From: Octopus sinensis | Taxonomy: Eukaryota | Length of the DNA: 64,000 bases | Direction of reading: 5' to 3' | NCBI RefSeq assembly: GCF_006345805.1 | Contig: NC_043014.1 | Span: 17,794,001 to 17,858,000, forward strand | Part shown: in pieces, positions 42,152-56,901 of the stretch | Layout of the letters: every line of letters starts with the position of its first letter | Numbering within the stretch: the stretch's first letter is position 1 | Notes under the pieces: generated by a model | Database searches by the model: none | Told to the model about the DNA's origin: nothing | What the model saw: only the letters and a program-made list of their open reading frames with translations | Made by a program: the position numbers and the translations under genes

Positions 42152-42469
42152 AGACTCCGCCGGTTACGACGACGAGGGTCCCAGCTGATACGATCAACGG
42201 AACAGCTTGCTCGTGAAATTAACGTGCAAATGGCTGAGCATTCCACAGACACGTGTACCCTTAACGTAGTTCTCGGGGATAATCAGCGTGACACAGAGAG
42301 TGACAAGGCTGACCCTTTGAAATACAAGTACAACTCATTTTTGCCAGCTGAGTGGACTGGAGCAACGTGAAATAAAGTGTCTTGCTCAAGGACACAACGC
42401 GTCGCCGGGAATCGAACTCACAACCTTACGATCATGAGCCGAATGCCCTAACCACTAAGCCACGCGCCC
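42152..42469 (-). mobile_element. Near full-length SINE group B
   Basis: Minus strand ggcgcgtggcttagtggttag (A box)..gttcgattccc (B box)..ccttgagcaagacacttta (CORE-like). Confidence 0.85.
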
Positions 42470-43031
42470 TCACTACATGCATACATAGATACATACAAAC
42501 ACACACATACATACATAAGGACAACACACACACACGCACACACACACGCGCGAGCACACACACATACATATATATACACACGCACACACACACACAAATA
42601 CGCGAGCACAAACACACACACGGATACACACGTACGCATTTTCACACATACACAAAATGCACATGTTCTTTTATACTCACCGTCTCTTATCTCTTCCCCT
42701 TTAGTGTTGATCATTTATCACTTTTATTCACAAACTCACGTATACTCATCATCAAGCTTGTCATCAGCATCCCCACGACTGGTATCAATCATACGGGTCA
42801 CCATTATTATTCATTTATCATCATCATTCAGCAATACTCGTCATTCATTTATCATCAACGTTTATTCTCGCCATCATCGTCGTCATATATTTTGCACATG
42901 CATACACGTATACATATGGAAATGTGTATGCTTGTATAAAAGTACCTATATAATTCTCTCTCCCTCTCTCTTTACACAGACACACACATACGTAATATAT
43001 ACACATACATACGTATATACGTGTATATATA

Positions 43032-43083
<52 letters not shown>

Positions 43084-43086
<3 letters not shown>

Positions 43087-44270
43087 ACAAGTTAGAAAAA
43101 AACAAAAGACGAAGATAGGTTGTGTACAAAACAAACAGATGAATTAAGTATAACGCTCAGGAATAGAAAAAAGTCTTTTACGTTTCGAGCCTACGCTCTT
43201 CTATAGAAAGGTACACAGAAAAAACAAGGAGAGAAAAAAATGTGTGTAGTGGTTTACTATCTATCATATATATATATATATACTCACTTGCCTCGGGCTG
43301 AGAGCGCACGCGCCCCGCGAGCAGAGGTTTGGAAAAGCTATCCCCCGAAGTCCCACACATCATGGAAAAATAATATATATATATATGCAATATATAATAC
43401 ACATACATACGTATATACGTCAATATATATATGTTTATATATATGTGTGTAGTGGTTTACTATCTATCATATATATATATATACTCACTTGCCTCGGGCT
43501 GAGAGCGCACGCGCCCCGCGAGCAGAGGTTTGGAAAAGCTATCCCCCGAAGTCCCACACATCATGGAAAAATAATATATATATATATGCAATATATAATA
43601 CACATACATACGTATATACGTCAATATATACGTATGTATATATATATAAATTTGTATTTTTATATACGTTACTGTATAGAAGTTAATGCTTGACCCAAGT
43701 TCTACCCCACAGTTTAACATCAGCACAACTGAATGTTGCGTAGGGGCATGTAAATTCAAGGAAAAGGCCATATGTTATATTCTTTTTAGTTCTCGACATA
43801 AAAGAAAAAAGGATACTAAGTCTATTTTCTATTGCAAGTATTACAATAGGTGCTGGAACAATTTACTGCTTAGAGAACCAATATTATGGTTCTCTAATTT
43901 AATATTATGCGTGGTTATGTGTATTTTAGCTGTTAAACCTAGTCAGGGTTGGATACCACTGTTAGTTTGTTTTGAACTTTACGTAAAACTGTTATTATTG
44001 TCATTATTTTATTTTTATATTTATTTTTATACTTTCTAAACTTTCCTGTATAACCTTCTATCCGATTCAGTCGCCATGATAGATCGTTAGCCACTACATA
44101 CATTTTTTTCTCCTTGTTTCTCTCCTTGTTTTTTTCTGTGTCCCTTTCTGTAGAAGAGCGTAGGCTCAAAACGTAAAAGACCTTTTCTATTCCTGAGCGT
44201 TATACTAATACATCTGTTAGTTTTGTACACCACCTGTCTTCGTCTTTTCTTTTTCTTCGTAAACTTTCCC
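43084..44270. repeat. Inverted pair of ~185 bp repeats, each with a hammerhead-like motif
   Basis: 43084-43266 versus reverse complement of 44077-44270; motifs at 43175-43210 (-) and 44144-44179 (+). Confidence 0.75.
43241..43628. repeat. 203 bp tandem duplication
   Basis: tgtgtgtagtggtttactatc at 43241 and 43444. Confidence 0.9.
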
Positions 44271-44348
44271 TATATATATATATTTAATTTTTGTATTTGG
44301 TTTGCAAATTTCTTTATGTGAATTCGTGTGTTGACGCATATTTTATTG

Positions 44349-44584
44349 TGTCTGGGGAAAGTCATTCTGTTTTAATGCCTTATTAATTAACACACTCACC
44401 GGTTCGATTTTCTCTCGTTTTATTTATTTATTTATTTATTATTTTTTTCTACAATTTTCGTTGCTTCTTGCAACCTCTTCAGTAACTATTGAAAATTTTA
44501 GAAAACAAAAATAAATGAGTGGAAATCGAACCGGTGAGTGTGTTAATGAATAAGTCATTAAAACAAAATGACTTTCCACAGACA
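44349..44584. repeat. 62 bp inverted repeat (58/62) enclosing a hammerhead-like motif (44449-44485, minus)
   Basis: Arms 44349-44410 and 44523-44584; tta CTGAAGA ggttgc aagaa gcaac GAAA at T g tag. Confidence 0.7.
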
Positions 44585-44910
44585 GTGGTTAGATCGTCGA
44601 GCTTACGATCGTGAGGTTGTGAGTTCGAATCCTGGACCGGACTGCGTGTTATGTTCTTGAGCGAGACATTTTATTTCACGTTGCTCCAGTTCACTCAGCT
44701 GTAGAAATAAGTTGCGACGTCACAGGAGCCAAGCTGTATCGGCCTTTGCCTTTCCCTTGGATAACATCAGTGGCGTGGAGAGGGGAGGGGAGGCCGGTAT
44801 GCATGGGCGACTGCTGGTCTTCCATAAACAACCTTCCCCGGACTTGTGCCTGGGAGGGTAACTTTCTTGGTGCAATCCCACGGTCAGTCATGACCGAAGG
44901 GGTCTCAGCA
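44583..44910 (+). mobile_element. SINE group B head/core with alternative long tail; reverse copy 52950-53279
   Basis: Same core as 42152-42469 but tail ..gtgcaatcccacggtcagtcatgaccgaag. Confidence 0.8.
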
Positions 44911-45304
<394 letters not shown>

Positions 45305-45571
45305 CAATTTAGGAGTGGTCTTAACAGGCCATTCGTCCGCTAGAAAGAGCAGCCAGAACTCACACCGCGAAGTAGTAGTAATTCAGAAATTAGGTGAAAA
45401 TTTAAAAACATTTACCCTAATTCATCTTTTAGACGATGCATCGTTTCTGTGTTATTAATGATTAAATTAGCTTAATTAAATTAAATTAAGCCAATCTTTG
45501 ACTATTTTCTCTTTTCCACTAGGCCGCTGGTAGCGATAAATTTCTATTGAATTTTTGCTACCCTAAATTGA

Positions 45572-45606
<35 letters not shown>

Positions 45607-46768
45607 ATGAAATGAAGAATTATACTTATGCGATTCTATATACGCTTACGCACGTTTCAAATGATAAGGTGAGCTGCATCTGTTATACATTGTGGTTTGC
45701 ATGCTTAATTGATTCGTTGACTGATCGATTAAAAAAGCCATTTATGTAACAGTAATTTCTCGCACAAATCTTCTCAGAGAATTCATACTTCATACATTTT
45801 TTTAAAGACATACATAATCAGAGTTAATGGAAGAGCGTAATAGAAAGTAGATATATAAAATTTCTCCCCACAATTTATTCCCCTGTAGCGAGTTCATGGT
45901 CTTGAGAGGCTGTTTTGCTATTTGATGCTGATGAACTAGTCTGTGAGAAGATGATAACAGTAATGTTTCCCTAATGTCTAAATTCGTATTTAAGTGTGTG
46001 AGGTTATTTAAGCGCAAGCCAATTCACAGTAGAAAGTAGATTGTACAGTAATACCTTTGTTTATTTAGATTACTTGGAAATTTCATGTCTACTATCGTTG
46101 AATAAAATTCCAAGTGTTACATTTGCAACTGTTAAATATAATTCCAGTAAATGAAATATACTCAAAAGAAATAATAAATCGTTACTTACGGGGTGAATAT
46201 TATAGACCACGTTCGGAAATTGAGATGAATTTCGAAATAGGAAAGAAGTGCTTCTAAGCTAATTGTGAGTAAAATAAAAATGAGGAAAAGGAATAATAAA
46301 AAAGATATTTAAGTATTAATAATTAAATTCTAATTCAGGTTAGTTAGGAAAGGATTTCTTATAGTATTATGGGTTGGCTAACAGGAAGAATTATAAACAA
46401 TAGTAATGTAAGTCAAGTATCGAATTTATGTATTTGTACCAGGGCAAGCTAATCATTTAGGAGTTTTGTTTGGAAATGCAAAGAATATTCTACTGCATAA
46501 ATGTGAACAGCAAACCAGAAATTTTTTATGTTTATTAATTAAGTTGTAGATACATTTTCGAAGTTCCAACATTTTCGCCAGGCACAAATTGCTAAATACT
46601 TTCATATGGTATATTATTTGTGGCGCTCTTCCGTATAATGGAGGTATTCACGGTGTGACTTGTATGATTTATGGCCATTTGTCTGTTTTTTTTTGTTGCA
46701 GGTCAAGCGACCAGCTAAAGACTCTCTCACTGAGGAGTATTACAAGTGCATTTAAAAAAATGCTACAT

Positions 46769-46825
46769 CACACAGAAGCTGCGAACTAAAATATATCTGT
46801 TGCATTTTAGTTCGCAGCTTGTGTG
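46769..46825. ncRNA. Candidate pre-miRNA-like hairpin
   Basis: 17 bp perfect stem 46776-46792/46804-46820, 11 nt loop, 5 more bp after a 2 nt bulge. Confidence 0.3.
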
Positions 46826-47714
46826 CAATGGATTTTAATGAGATAATATTCTTCGAAGAGGCACGCACTTGTGACCCTTGTTGCAGATTTTATGGAATTT
46901 TAAACTTCACAAAGTTTCATGTATTTGTATATCATATTGGAGATATCCAGTGCCCTCTTAACTCTCTCCTCTGTTATTTAGAGGAAATTTGTACAAGGCC
47001 TTTAACCTATTTTAACGTTTGACTTTACAATATATCTATGATTAATCTAATGTACTGTGTGTATAATGTACTTTATGATGCCTTGGTTCTAAATATGTAG
47101 CATGATGTTGTAAATACATCATGTTTTTCTCTTACAACATAGAAAAATAAAGTATGACATCCTGACATGTTTCATGGATGGCTACTAACAAGTTATTAGC
47201 CAACTCAAATTTACAGCATAAGACGCTTGCTGAAAATATCATGCAACATGCAGTGGTCTGAGACCTGGCATCATGTGGAAGCGAATTTCTTAACCATTCA
47301 CTCATACTGCCGTTCATATATTACTGTTATTTTTTGTGTAGGCAAGACTAGAGGGTTACGTAGTTCGCTGCACTTTCATAAGATTTCATATAGTCTGTCA
47401 AATGGGTTGTACAAGTGATTCAAAGGCCGAGCGTTCCCACACAATGAGTCACGTTGATTAAGTGTGAGTGTCATGTTAAGAGTGCAAGCGTTTGTAGAAT
47501 ATTCAGTCATTTACAGTTTATTGAAATCAGTTTTGCTAGTTTGGGGCTACGTGCAGCGTATTACGCACACCTCTTCAGAGATGTATGGTACTGGATTACT
47601 TGCAAATTTAAACTTTAATTTTTCAGGTTAACTATCCTATTAAATACAATCTCATTTACTGAGTAAATTAGAAGTGAGTTGCAATCAACCCCAACTCCCA
47701 CGCACACACACACA

Positions 47715-47756
<42 letters not shown>

Positions 47757-47764
47757 GGCATGAT

Positions 47765-48655
47765 GGCTTAAATGCTTTGGTTGAACAAAATCCGAGAACA
47801 AAGGTTCGAAAATTTTCATCAGAACTCCAAACATCTCGCACAACTGTTTTCGGACACATGTAAAAAATTGGAAACGTCAAGAAAACGGATAGGCTTGTTC
47901 CACATCAACTAAACGAGATTTAAAAAAAACAGATGCCGCGAAGTGTGCTCCTTATTGCTTGCTCGACTGGAAAAATACCATATTTTCATCAAATCATTAC
48001 TTGTGATGAGAAATGGATAATCTTTGACAACAGCAGGAGAACAGAACAGTGATTAGATGCAGGAGAGTCACCTATCCAAACCTACCATTGCACCCTAAAA
48101 AGTTAGTGGTCACTATATGATGGTCTGCGAAGGGAGTTATTCATTATTTACTTTTGCAACAAGGAAAAACGGTAACAGCAACATCGTATTGCCAGGAAAT
48201 TGATTGTATGCATGAGAATTTGAAAAAGAAACTACCCACACTAATGAATAGAGATGGCCCAATTTTGCTCCACGACAATGTACGTCCTCACACTCATCAA
48301 GCTACGGTCCGAAAGTTGCAAAGCCTGAATTATGAGATTTTGCAACATCCTCCCTATTCCCCTGTTATCTCTCCTACTGATCATCACTTATTTAAGCATT
48401 TTGAGCTTTTCATAAGCAATAAAACATTCTTAAACAGAGAAGAGGTAATTGAAGCATTCGGACAGTTTATCACAGCAAAAGATGAATTTTTTTAAAAGAT
48501 GGAATATATAAAATAGAGAAACATTGGGTAAACATCATAAATGAACATGGATTATACTTTGATTAAATAAACCAGTTCTCTAACACTCTAACACTTCTGA
48601 AAGGGTTATCTTTTATTGTTACCTTTCAAATACATTTCCTGTGAAACATCCTATA
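47765..48655 (+). mobile_element. Mariner transposase relic, middle to 3' end
   Basis: IITCDEKW, ILLHDNVRPH, HPPYSPVISPTD. Confidence 0.85.
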
Positions 48656-50069
48656 TATATATATATATATATATATATAACTCCATTCGCAAGTTATTGG
48701 CCACCCTAGGGTTACGGTAAAATAAATGTGCCCAAATTGTCGCTTTCCGGCTGTAAATCGAATTTTTTAACAACTGACGCCTTATAGAGCCCATTTGTTG
48801 TATTTTATTTGCTTTTTAATTTTGTAGAATAAAAATTAAGTAATCCGACAAGAACGTGATTCGAACTAAAATCCGCAGACTTAAAAGTGTGAAATCGCTG
48901 AAGCTTGTCCGGCGATTTGCTGCTTTAAACGAGTCCCCATAAGGGTTTGCGATTAAGTGGAGATAAAATCAGGTGCACGAACGTATACACACACGATAAT
49001 AACTTATTGACGCCCACACATATATAAGCGCACAGACGCCCACCCATACGCACCCCCCCATCCACAGACATCGGTCACTGAAAATTCTGTGTAGCAACAT
49101 TACTTGAAGGTTTTGAAAAGATTTAAACGATATCATCTTACCAAAGTCTTACAGTGGAATTTGTTGACAGTGGAAAATTCAGAGATTCTAAAAACATGGA
49201 AGTTAAAAGCTAAACTAAAGTTAAGAAGCTTTCATTTAAAGAATGCCGAATATTTTTGTTGAACAAACAATTTTATTCATTATTTATTTTTTCTCAGGAG
49301 ACGTTTCGTGTTCTCAATACACTTAGATTAACTGTTTAATTAAAATATTTTATTTCTCTCTCTCCCCGTATATTGCATTGTTAAATAAAGATTAAGCATA
49401 AATATTGGTTTCAAGTTATGACACAAGGCCAGAAAATTGTGGGGAGGGGGTAAGTTAACTACATCGACTCCAGTGTTCGAATGGTACTTATTTTATCGAG
49501 CCTGAAACGATAAAAAGCAAGAGTCAACCTCGGCGGAATTTGAACTCAGAACGTAAGGACGGACGAAGCATTTTGCCCGGCGTTCTAACGATCTGCAAGC
49601 TCGTCGCCTTATTAAGTATTAATGCTGGCTTAAAATTTTGGCTCAAGGCCAGCAGCTTCGTGGTAGCAGGTAAGTCGATTACATCGACACCAGTGCTCAA
49701 CTGGTACTTATTTTATTGACTCCAAAGAGATGAAAGACAAAGTCGACCTCGGCTGAATTTGAACTCGGAACATAAAGAGGGACGAGTTTAGTCGACTTTG
49801 CCGAAGTGGGATAGAATGCCTTTCAGCATATGAGCACTTTGCAGATAGAAGTTTTGAGTTCAAATCCTGCTGACATGCATTTTGTCTTTCATTCCTTCGA
49901 AATCGATCCTTCACACACACACACACACACACACACAACACACATAAAATATCATCTCAAAATTCACTGTGTTGTAGGAGGGTCTATGGAGACCACCCAC
50001 AGTGCGTGCCATGTTAGAAATGATAGGGGAACTTCAAAAGCTGATGGCTGCAGATGAAGATGAGAATCG

Positions 50070-50169
50070 NNNNNNNNNNNNNNNNNNNNNNNNNNNNNNN
50101 NNNNNNNNNNNNNNNNNNNNNNNNNNNNNNNNNNNNNNNNNNNNNNNNNNNNNNNNNNNNNNNNNNNNN
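50070..50169. other. Assembly gap, 100 N
   Basis: N run. Confidence 1.
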
Positions 50170-50289
50170 AGACCTCCACGAGACCTACCACCCCTCCTAC
50201 TTCTATTCTTCCATATTCCACCCACCCCTTCCCACTTCCGTCTGTTGTTACATTCCCCCCACCATCCCTCCGATCTACCCTCTCTGGCG

Positions 50290-51327
50290 CTGAACGCTCC
50301 GTCCTTGGTGGGGTCTGCGTTTCATCCCCCTCACTCCATCCTGTAAGGAATTCCAGACGCGAGTTGATGTCCACAGCTTTGTGCGCCGTGTCCGGTTGGG
50401 TGCGCATTACCACGACTCGCCACCCACACCCCACGAAGAGGATGACTGCTTCACTGGCCTGGGCCGCCGACCATCCCCGTGGACGCCTGCCCCTGGCCAG
50501 ATCCTAGCAGTGGATCTTTTCGCGGGCGCTTGTCAGCGTGCATTGGAGCGGTTCAACTTCTCCAGGCGCCAACGCCGCCTCAACATCTCCCCGGCTGAGC
50601 TCTTGGCTCTTCGTTCCCTCCAACGGCGCGCTGACATTATCATCAAACCGGCTGACAAGGGTGGAGCTGTAGTGGTGTGTGGCGCGCGGACCTCTATAGG
50701 GCCGAGGCTTTCCGCCAACTCAATGACACCTCCTTCTATTCCCCTCTGCCCTCTAACCCCACACGTCTACCAACAGACGGTATCCTCTACCGTCCAAGAC
50801 CTCATCTCGTCCTCCCGTCTCCCCGCACCGCATCCAACCTAATTGTGCGAACCCCACGTACCCCCACCATTTACTTCCTCCCCAAAATCCACAAACCCAA
50901 CAACCCTGGCCGCCCCATCGTCTCCGCCTGTAACTGCCCCACGGAGCTCATCTCTAAATACCTCGACCGTGTCCTTGCCCCCCTAGTGGCATCTCTTCCC
51001 TCCCACATCCACGATACCAACCATGCTCTCCGGCTTTTCAACTCTTTCTCCTTTCCTCTTTCCTCCCGCTCCTCCAAAATCCTTTTTACTATGGACATCC
51101 GAAGCCTCTATACTGTTATCCCTCACCACGAAGGACTGCAGGCCCTTCGACACTTTCTTGACCTCCGCTCTAACCCTGTACCTGACACCTCCACACTCAT
51201 TCGTCTGGCCGAACTTGTCCTTACTCTGAACTGCTTCTCGTTCGCGGGCGAGTTCTACCATCAGGTCTCGGGAGTGGCCATGGGAACGCGAATGGGCCCC
51301 AACTATGCGAACCTGTTCGTTGGCTAT
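50290..51327 (+). mobile_element. Penelope-like retroelement RT, truncated before the YxDD motif
   Basis: IKPADKGGAVVV, YFLPKIHKPNNPGRPIVS, FTMDIRSLYT, QVSGVAMGTRMGPNYANLFVG; frameshifts near 50676 and 50760-50830. Confidence 0.92.
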
Positions 51328-51869
51328 ATATATATATGTATGTATCTATGTACGCATCTCTCTCTCTCTCTCTCTCTATCTGTCTATCTATACATTTACT
51401 TACACATATATTCACAAGCATAGATACATTAAATAAATATATATGTTAATATAAATGTTAAGTATGCATCTCTGATGGAAAAGTGTGTCTGTGTATGTGT
51501 GCGTACTCGCGCGTGTTTGGATGCAGACATTTGCTGACCTTGCAAATGTTGTGGCAAAAATATTATGTAGTGAAATAAACAAGCCAAGAACTTGTACGCA
51601 TAAACAGAAAATTATAATCTCTGTTTGACGCGGTCCTCCAATTCCTTATTCTCTCGCTGCTGTTTTTATTCTATATTCAGGAGATGTAGTAGTATATGAA
51701 TATATCATTACGCATATACATACATAGGCAGATATAAGTATATACACCCCCCACACACACATATATATACATATACATATAAGTATGTATATATATGTAT
51801 GTATGTATATATGTATGTGTGTATGCATGTATGTGTGTATGCATGTATGTGTGTATGTATGTATGCATG

Positions 51870-51973
<104 letters not shown>

Positions 51974-54167
51974 ATTGCAAGCGCCTTTTATATGTATGTA
52001 CAGATATATATGTGTATATGTGTGTGAGAGTGTGTGCGAGTAAATGTGTCTGTGTCTCTGTTTTTGTGTGAGTGCGTGTATGTATATGTATATATGCATA
52101 TGTTTTTATGCACACACATGCACACATACACACATACACACACACACACACACGACACACAGATAGCTATAGTTTACAACTCAGATCGGACATCATCCTG
52201 TTGTAGTACTCCAAACCATTAAGTCAGTGATTGTATGTGCGTACGTGTTTGTGCGCGCGTATCTGTTCGCGCGTGTGTTCGTGCTCGAGTATGTATTTGT
52301 GTGTGCGTGCGTGCATGAGCTTGCGTGTCTGTATTTGGGAGTCTTTTAATTGATCTGTCACGACAGGAGCAATTGTCAGATTTCCCAGGGTCGAAGTGTC
52401 AAACATTTGAGTCAAGGGCTTATGACATGAAAAATTACCATACGAAAGGTCATCGGGTTAATTTGTGGAGCAGACAAACAAATAATATATATGACAAGCT
52501 ATTTGAAATTGTTTTACCATATTTCTCTGATTTTTGTTTCGCAAATTGTTGTGTAGTGGGTTGGCAGAATCGTTAGATTACCGTATTAGATACCTTTCCG
52601 TGTTTAGTTGTGACTCCTTGCTTTCTGTGTTCGATGCTGATGAATTTAAAATTAAAAAAAAAACGTTAGCTTTTACTTCTTTCGGTCATTGGACTGCGGC
52701 CATGCTGGGGCACCACCTTGAACGATTTTAGTGGAACATATCAACCGTAGTATTTATCTTTTAAGTCTGGTACTTATTCTATCAGTCTTCTTTGCCGAAT
52801 CGCTAAGTTATATATGGAGACGCCAAATGTTGTAACTGTGGTTGTTATTTGGGCCTTGAGTACTAAACCGATAAAATATAACCAACTAGATGCCAGCGAA
52901 AAGGAAAATAACTCGTAACTCGTTTTACTTGTGTAAAAATTATATTCTGAGACCCACTTCGGTCATGACTGACCGTGGGATTGCACCAAGAAAGTTACCC
53001 TCCCAGGAACAAGTCAGGGCAATATAGTTTGTGGAAGGCCAGCAGTCGCCCATACCAGCCTACCCTCTCCACGCCACTGATGTTATCCAAGGGAAAGGCA
53101 AAGGCCAATACAGCTTGGCACCTGTGACGTCGCAACCCATTTCTACAGCTGAGTAAACTGGAGCAACATGAAATAAAGTGTCTTGCTCAAGAACGCAACA
53201 CGCAGCCCTGTCCGGGATTCGAGCTCACCACCTCACGATCGTAAGCTCGACGCTCTAAACACTGAGCCATGCACCTTCACAAGAGTTATATACAAGTATA
53301 CAAAACTGTCCGTTATATAACAAACCCGAGTGAGAAATGCACTTAGTGATGACAAACTGACTTTTCAGGAACACAAGTCGAATGTCATGTTCACATACCT
53401 AAACGTTTACGTGCCAAAAACTATGGGTCATCTTATCCTTAACATATACAAACTAACACCGTTTGTCTAGCGGTGGAGAGACGAATCAGAGACATACATG
53501 CATACACACACAAACACACACACACACACACATACACATGTGTGAAGGGCTTTCTTATAGTCTCCGTCAACCGAATTCACTGATAAGGTATTGGTCAACC
53601 AGGGAGACGTGTCAAGCAGCGGAACTGAACCAGTAACCAAACAGTTGCAAGGTAAGCGTCTTAACCACATAGCCATACTGTACTTGTGTGTGTGGGTAAG
53701 CAATGACACTAGAGTCACAACTATCGGAGCCCGAAGATCTCCTCGCGAATGCAGTTCGTGAGATGGTTGTGGTCTATAAACAGTTTTGTGTAGCATCCAG
53801 AAAAGAAGAATGAACATGCAATGCGCATGTGCACACTGAATTCGTAAAACGGAAGAGAAGATTAAAAATGCTATGTCAGACAAGTTATATGATAGTTTGC
53901 ATGCCACATCTGGCATCATTGTCACACAGCTTTGCTGCAGTTTTCTTCTTATTCTGTAAATTCTGTCATGAACAACATTTTGAAATTTTGAAAAAGATTT
54001 CTGTGTTGATTCTCTTACATTTTCTGGCTCCAAGCGGCGGAATATGGCTATTTCAACATATTTTGCACTTTTGCCAATGTCTTTATTATTTTAATTTTAA
54101 TCTTTTATGTTTTCTTTAGTCATTAGACTGCTCCCTTACCGGGTACTGCCTTGAAGAGTTTTAGTCA

Positions 54168-54199
<32 letters not shown>

Positions 54200-54337
54200 T
54201 ATATATATCGACCCCTGTGCGCGGTTTTTCTTAAAGTCTGATACTGATTTTATCGGTCCTTTTAGCCAACTGCCAAATTACAGGAACATATACGAACTGA
54301 CACCAGTTGTCAAGCAGTGGTGGAAGACAAACACATT

Positions 54338-54393
<56 letters not shown>

Positions 54394-54479
54394 GAGAGAG
54401 AGAGGAGAGAGAGAGAGAGGAGAGAGAGAGGAGAGAGAGAGAGAGAGAGAGAAAGGATTACATAAGTATTACTCTTTTC

Positions 54480-54860
54480 CAAAGAAACTTTGAGTAGACA
54501 AGATAAAATGTGATCACTATTTTCCAGAGTTCTCTGTGATATGTTGAAGTGGATGGGATTCATTGGTTCCTCCATCCACCATACAGTCCAGATCTAGCGC
54601 TCCCCGACTCTCAAATGTTCCGTCCAATGAAGGAAAATCTTCAAGGGAAACGATTTAATGATACAGGCGAGTTGGAAGTGGCTGTGAAGAGCACACCTAT
54701 TTTTTCCCTTTTCCTTTTAGAGGAAGTTCGAGAGCCGAGTTCAAAAATGGCACAAATGCATCGCCTATGTTGGGATCTATGTTGAGTATTACCTTGGAAT
54801 AGAAGAAGAATTGATGTACCAAGATGTGTAATTTGAACAACCTGTGCCAGTTTATAAAAA
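54480..54860 (+). mobile_element. Mariner 3' fragment
   Basis: HPPYSPDLALPD..FRPMKENLQGKRF. Confidence 0.75.
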
Positions 54861-54861
54861 G

Positions 54862-55293
54862 TCTTTTATTCTTCTTTTACACGTTTCAGTCATTTCATTG
54901 TGGCCATGCTAGAGCACAGCCTTTAGTCGAACAAATCCACCCCGGGACGTGTTCTTTGCAAGCCTCGTACTTATGCTATAGGTCTCTTTTGCCGATCCAC
55001 TAAGTTTCAGGGACATAGACACACCAACATCAGTTGTTAAGCGATGGTAGGGGTACAAACACATACACAAAGACACACACACATAAATATATATAATATA
55101 TATATATATATATTATATATATATATATTTATACACGAGGGGCTTCTTTCAGTTTCTGCTTACCAGATCCACTCGCAAGGCTTTGGTCAGCCCGAGGTTA
55201 TAAGAGAAGGCACATGCCCGAGGTGCCACGCAGTGAGACTGAACCCGGAGCCATGTGGTTGGAAAGCAAGCTTCTTACCACACAGCCACGCTG
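54862..55293 (-). mobile_element. SINE group A
   Basis: Family head and tail. Confidence 0.85.
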
Positions 55294-55670
55294 TATTAAT
55301 ATCGAGACAACCCCCGTACAGACACACACACGCGCGCGCATACACACACACGCACACGCACGCACATATACAAACAAAAATATGAACGATAGAAAATGGA
55401 CTGAGCAACACACTTTATTGCAATAAAGCTTGTTGCACAATCCATTTTCTATTGTATATGATCGATCTCACTTTATGATAGCATTTGTTAGCCGATACTT
55501 GTAGACAAGCTTAGTAAAGCAAATTGCAAGTTCTATATCCACATTGAATTTAGACATACACACACACATAGACACATAGGCGCACACTCACACACACGCA
55601 CACGCACACCCACACAGGCCCACACTCACACACACATACACTCACATACACACACGCGCACACTCACTCA

Positions 55671-55710
<40 letters not shown>

Positions 55711-56340
55711 CAAAAACATGCGCACACAAACGCACATATACGAATACATCTATATATAAAACTGACTGCCGTACATTTTTCGTCAACCAACTTTTGCTCA
55801 TAAGGAATTCGTCGACGAGAAACTTACTCAAGGTGTAATGCAGTGGAATTGAATAGAGATGGACGTCTGAGACTTTAACTGAAAGTATCATTTTAATTAA
55901 CGCGGTTTCATATAAAAGTTGTACTTTGTGGAAACAACTGTTACCTAAATTTTCTCGACATATAATGAAAAATCAAAAGCAACATCTTTGCTCGATTACA
56001 AACCAGATTTGAAAGGAACTTTGGTGGTTTTAACTATGGTACACACATTGTACACAAATTTCTCCAAACAGCTATTGATGAGTTACTAATTGATACTGAA
56101 GCAAGAATTATGAAGATTGTCAAATTTTTCACATGTGCACTTTAGTTCTTGTAACATAGAAAAGGAATTTTGTGATTTTATTGGAGTGAATACAAAACGT
56201 TATTACGATATGGGTATGACTAGATTTTTGTGAACTTTAATAGCAGTTCGAAAAAATATTCCTTATATTTTTGGGGACTTGAAATCCCATATTTCTTTTA
56301 AAAAATACAGTTTTTGAAAATGATTTGTGAGAAATTTACG

Positions 56341-56901
<561 letters not shown>

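Noticed and set aside
43870-43897. Perfect 11 bp hairpin ttagagaacca/tggttctctaa
   Set aside because: Short and isolated; plausible by chance or local template switch.
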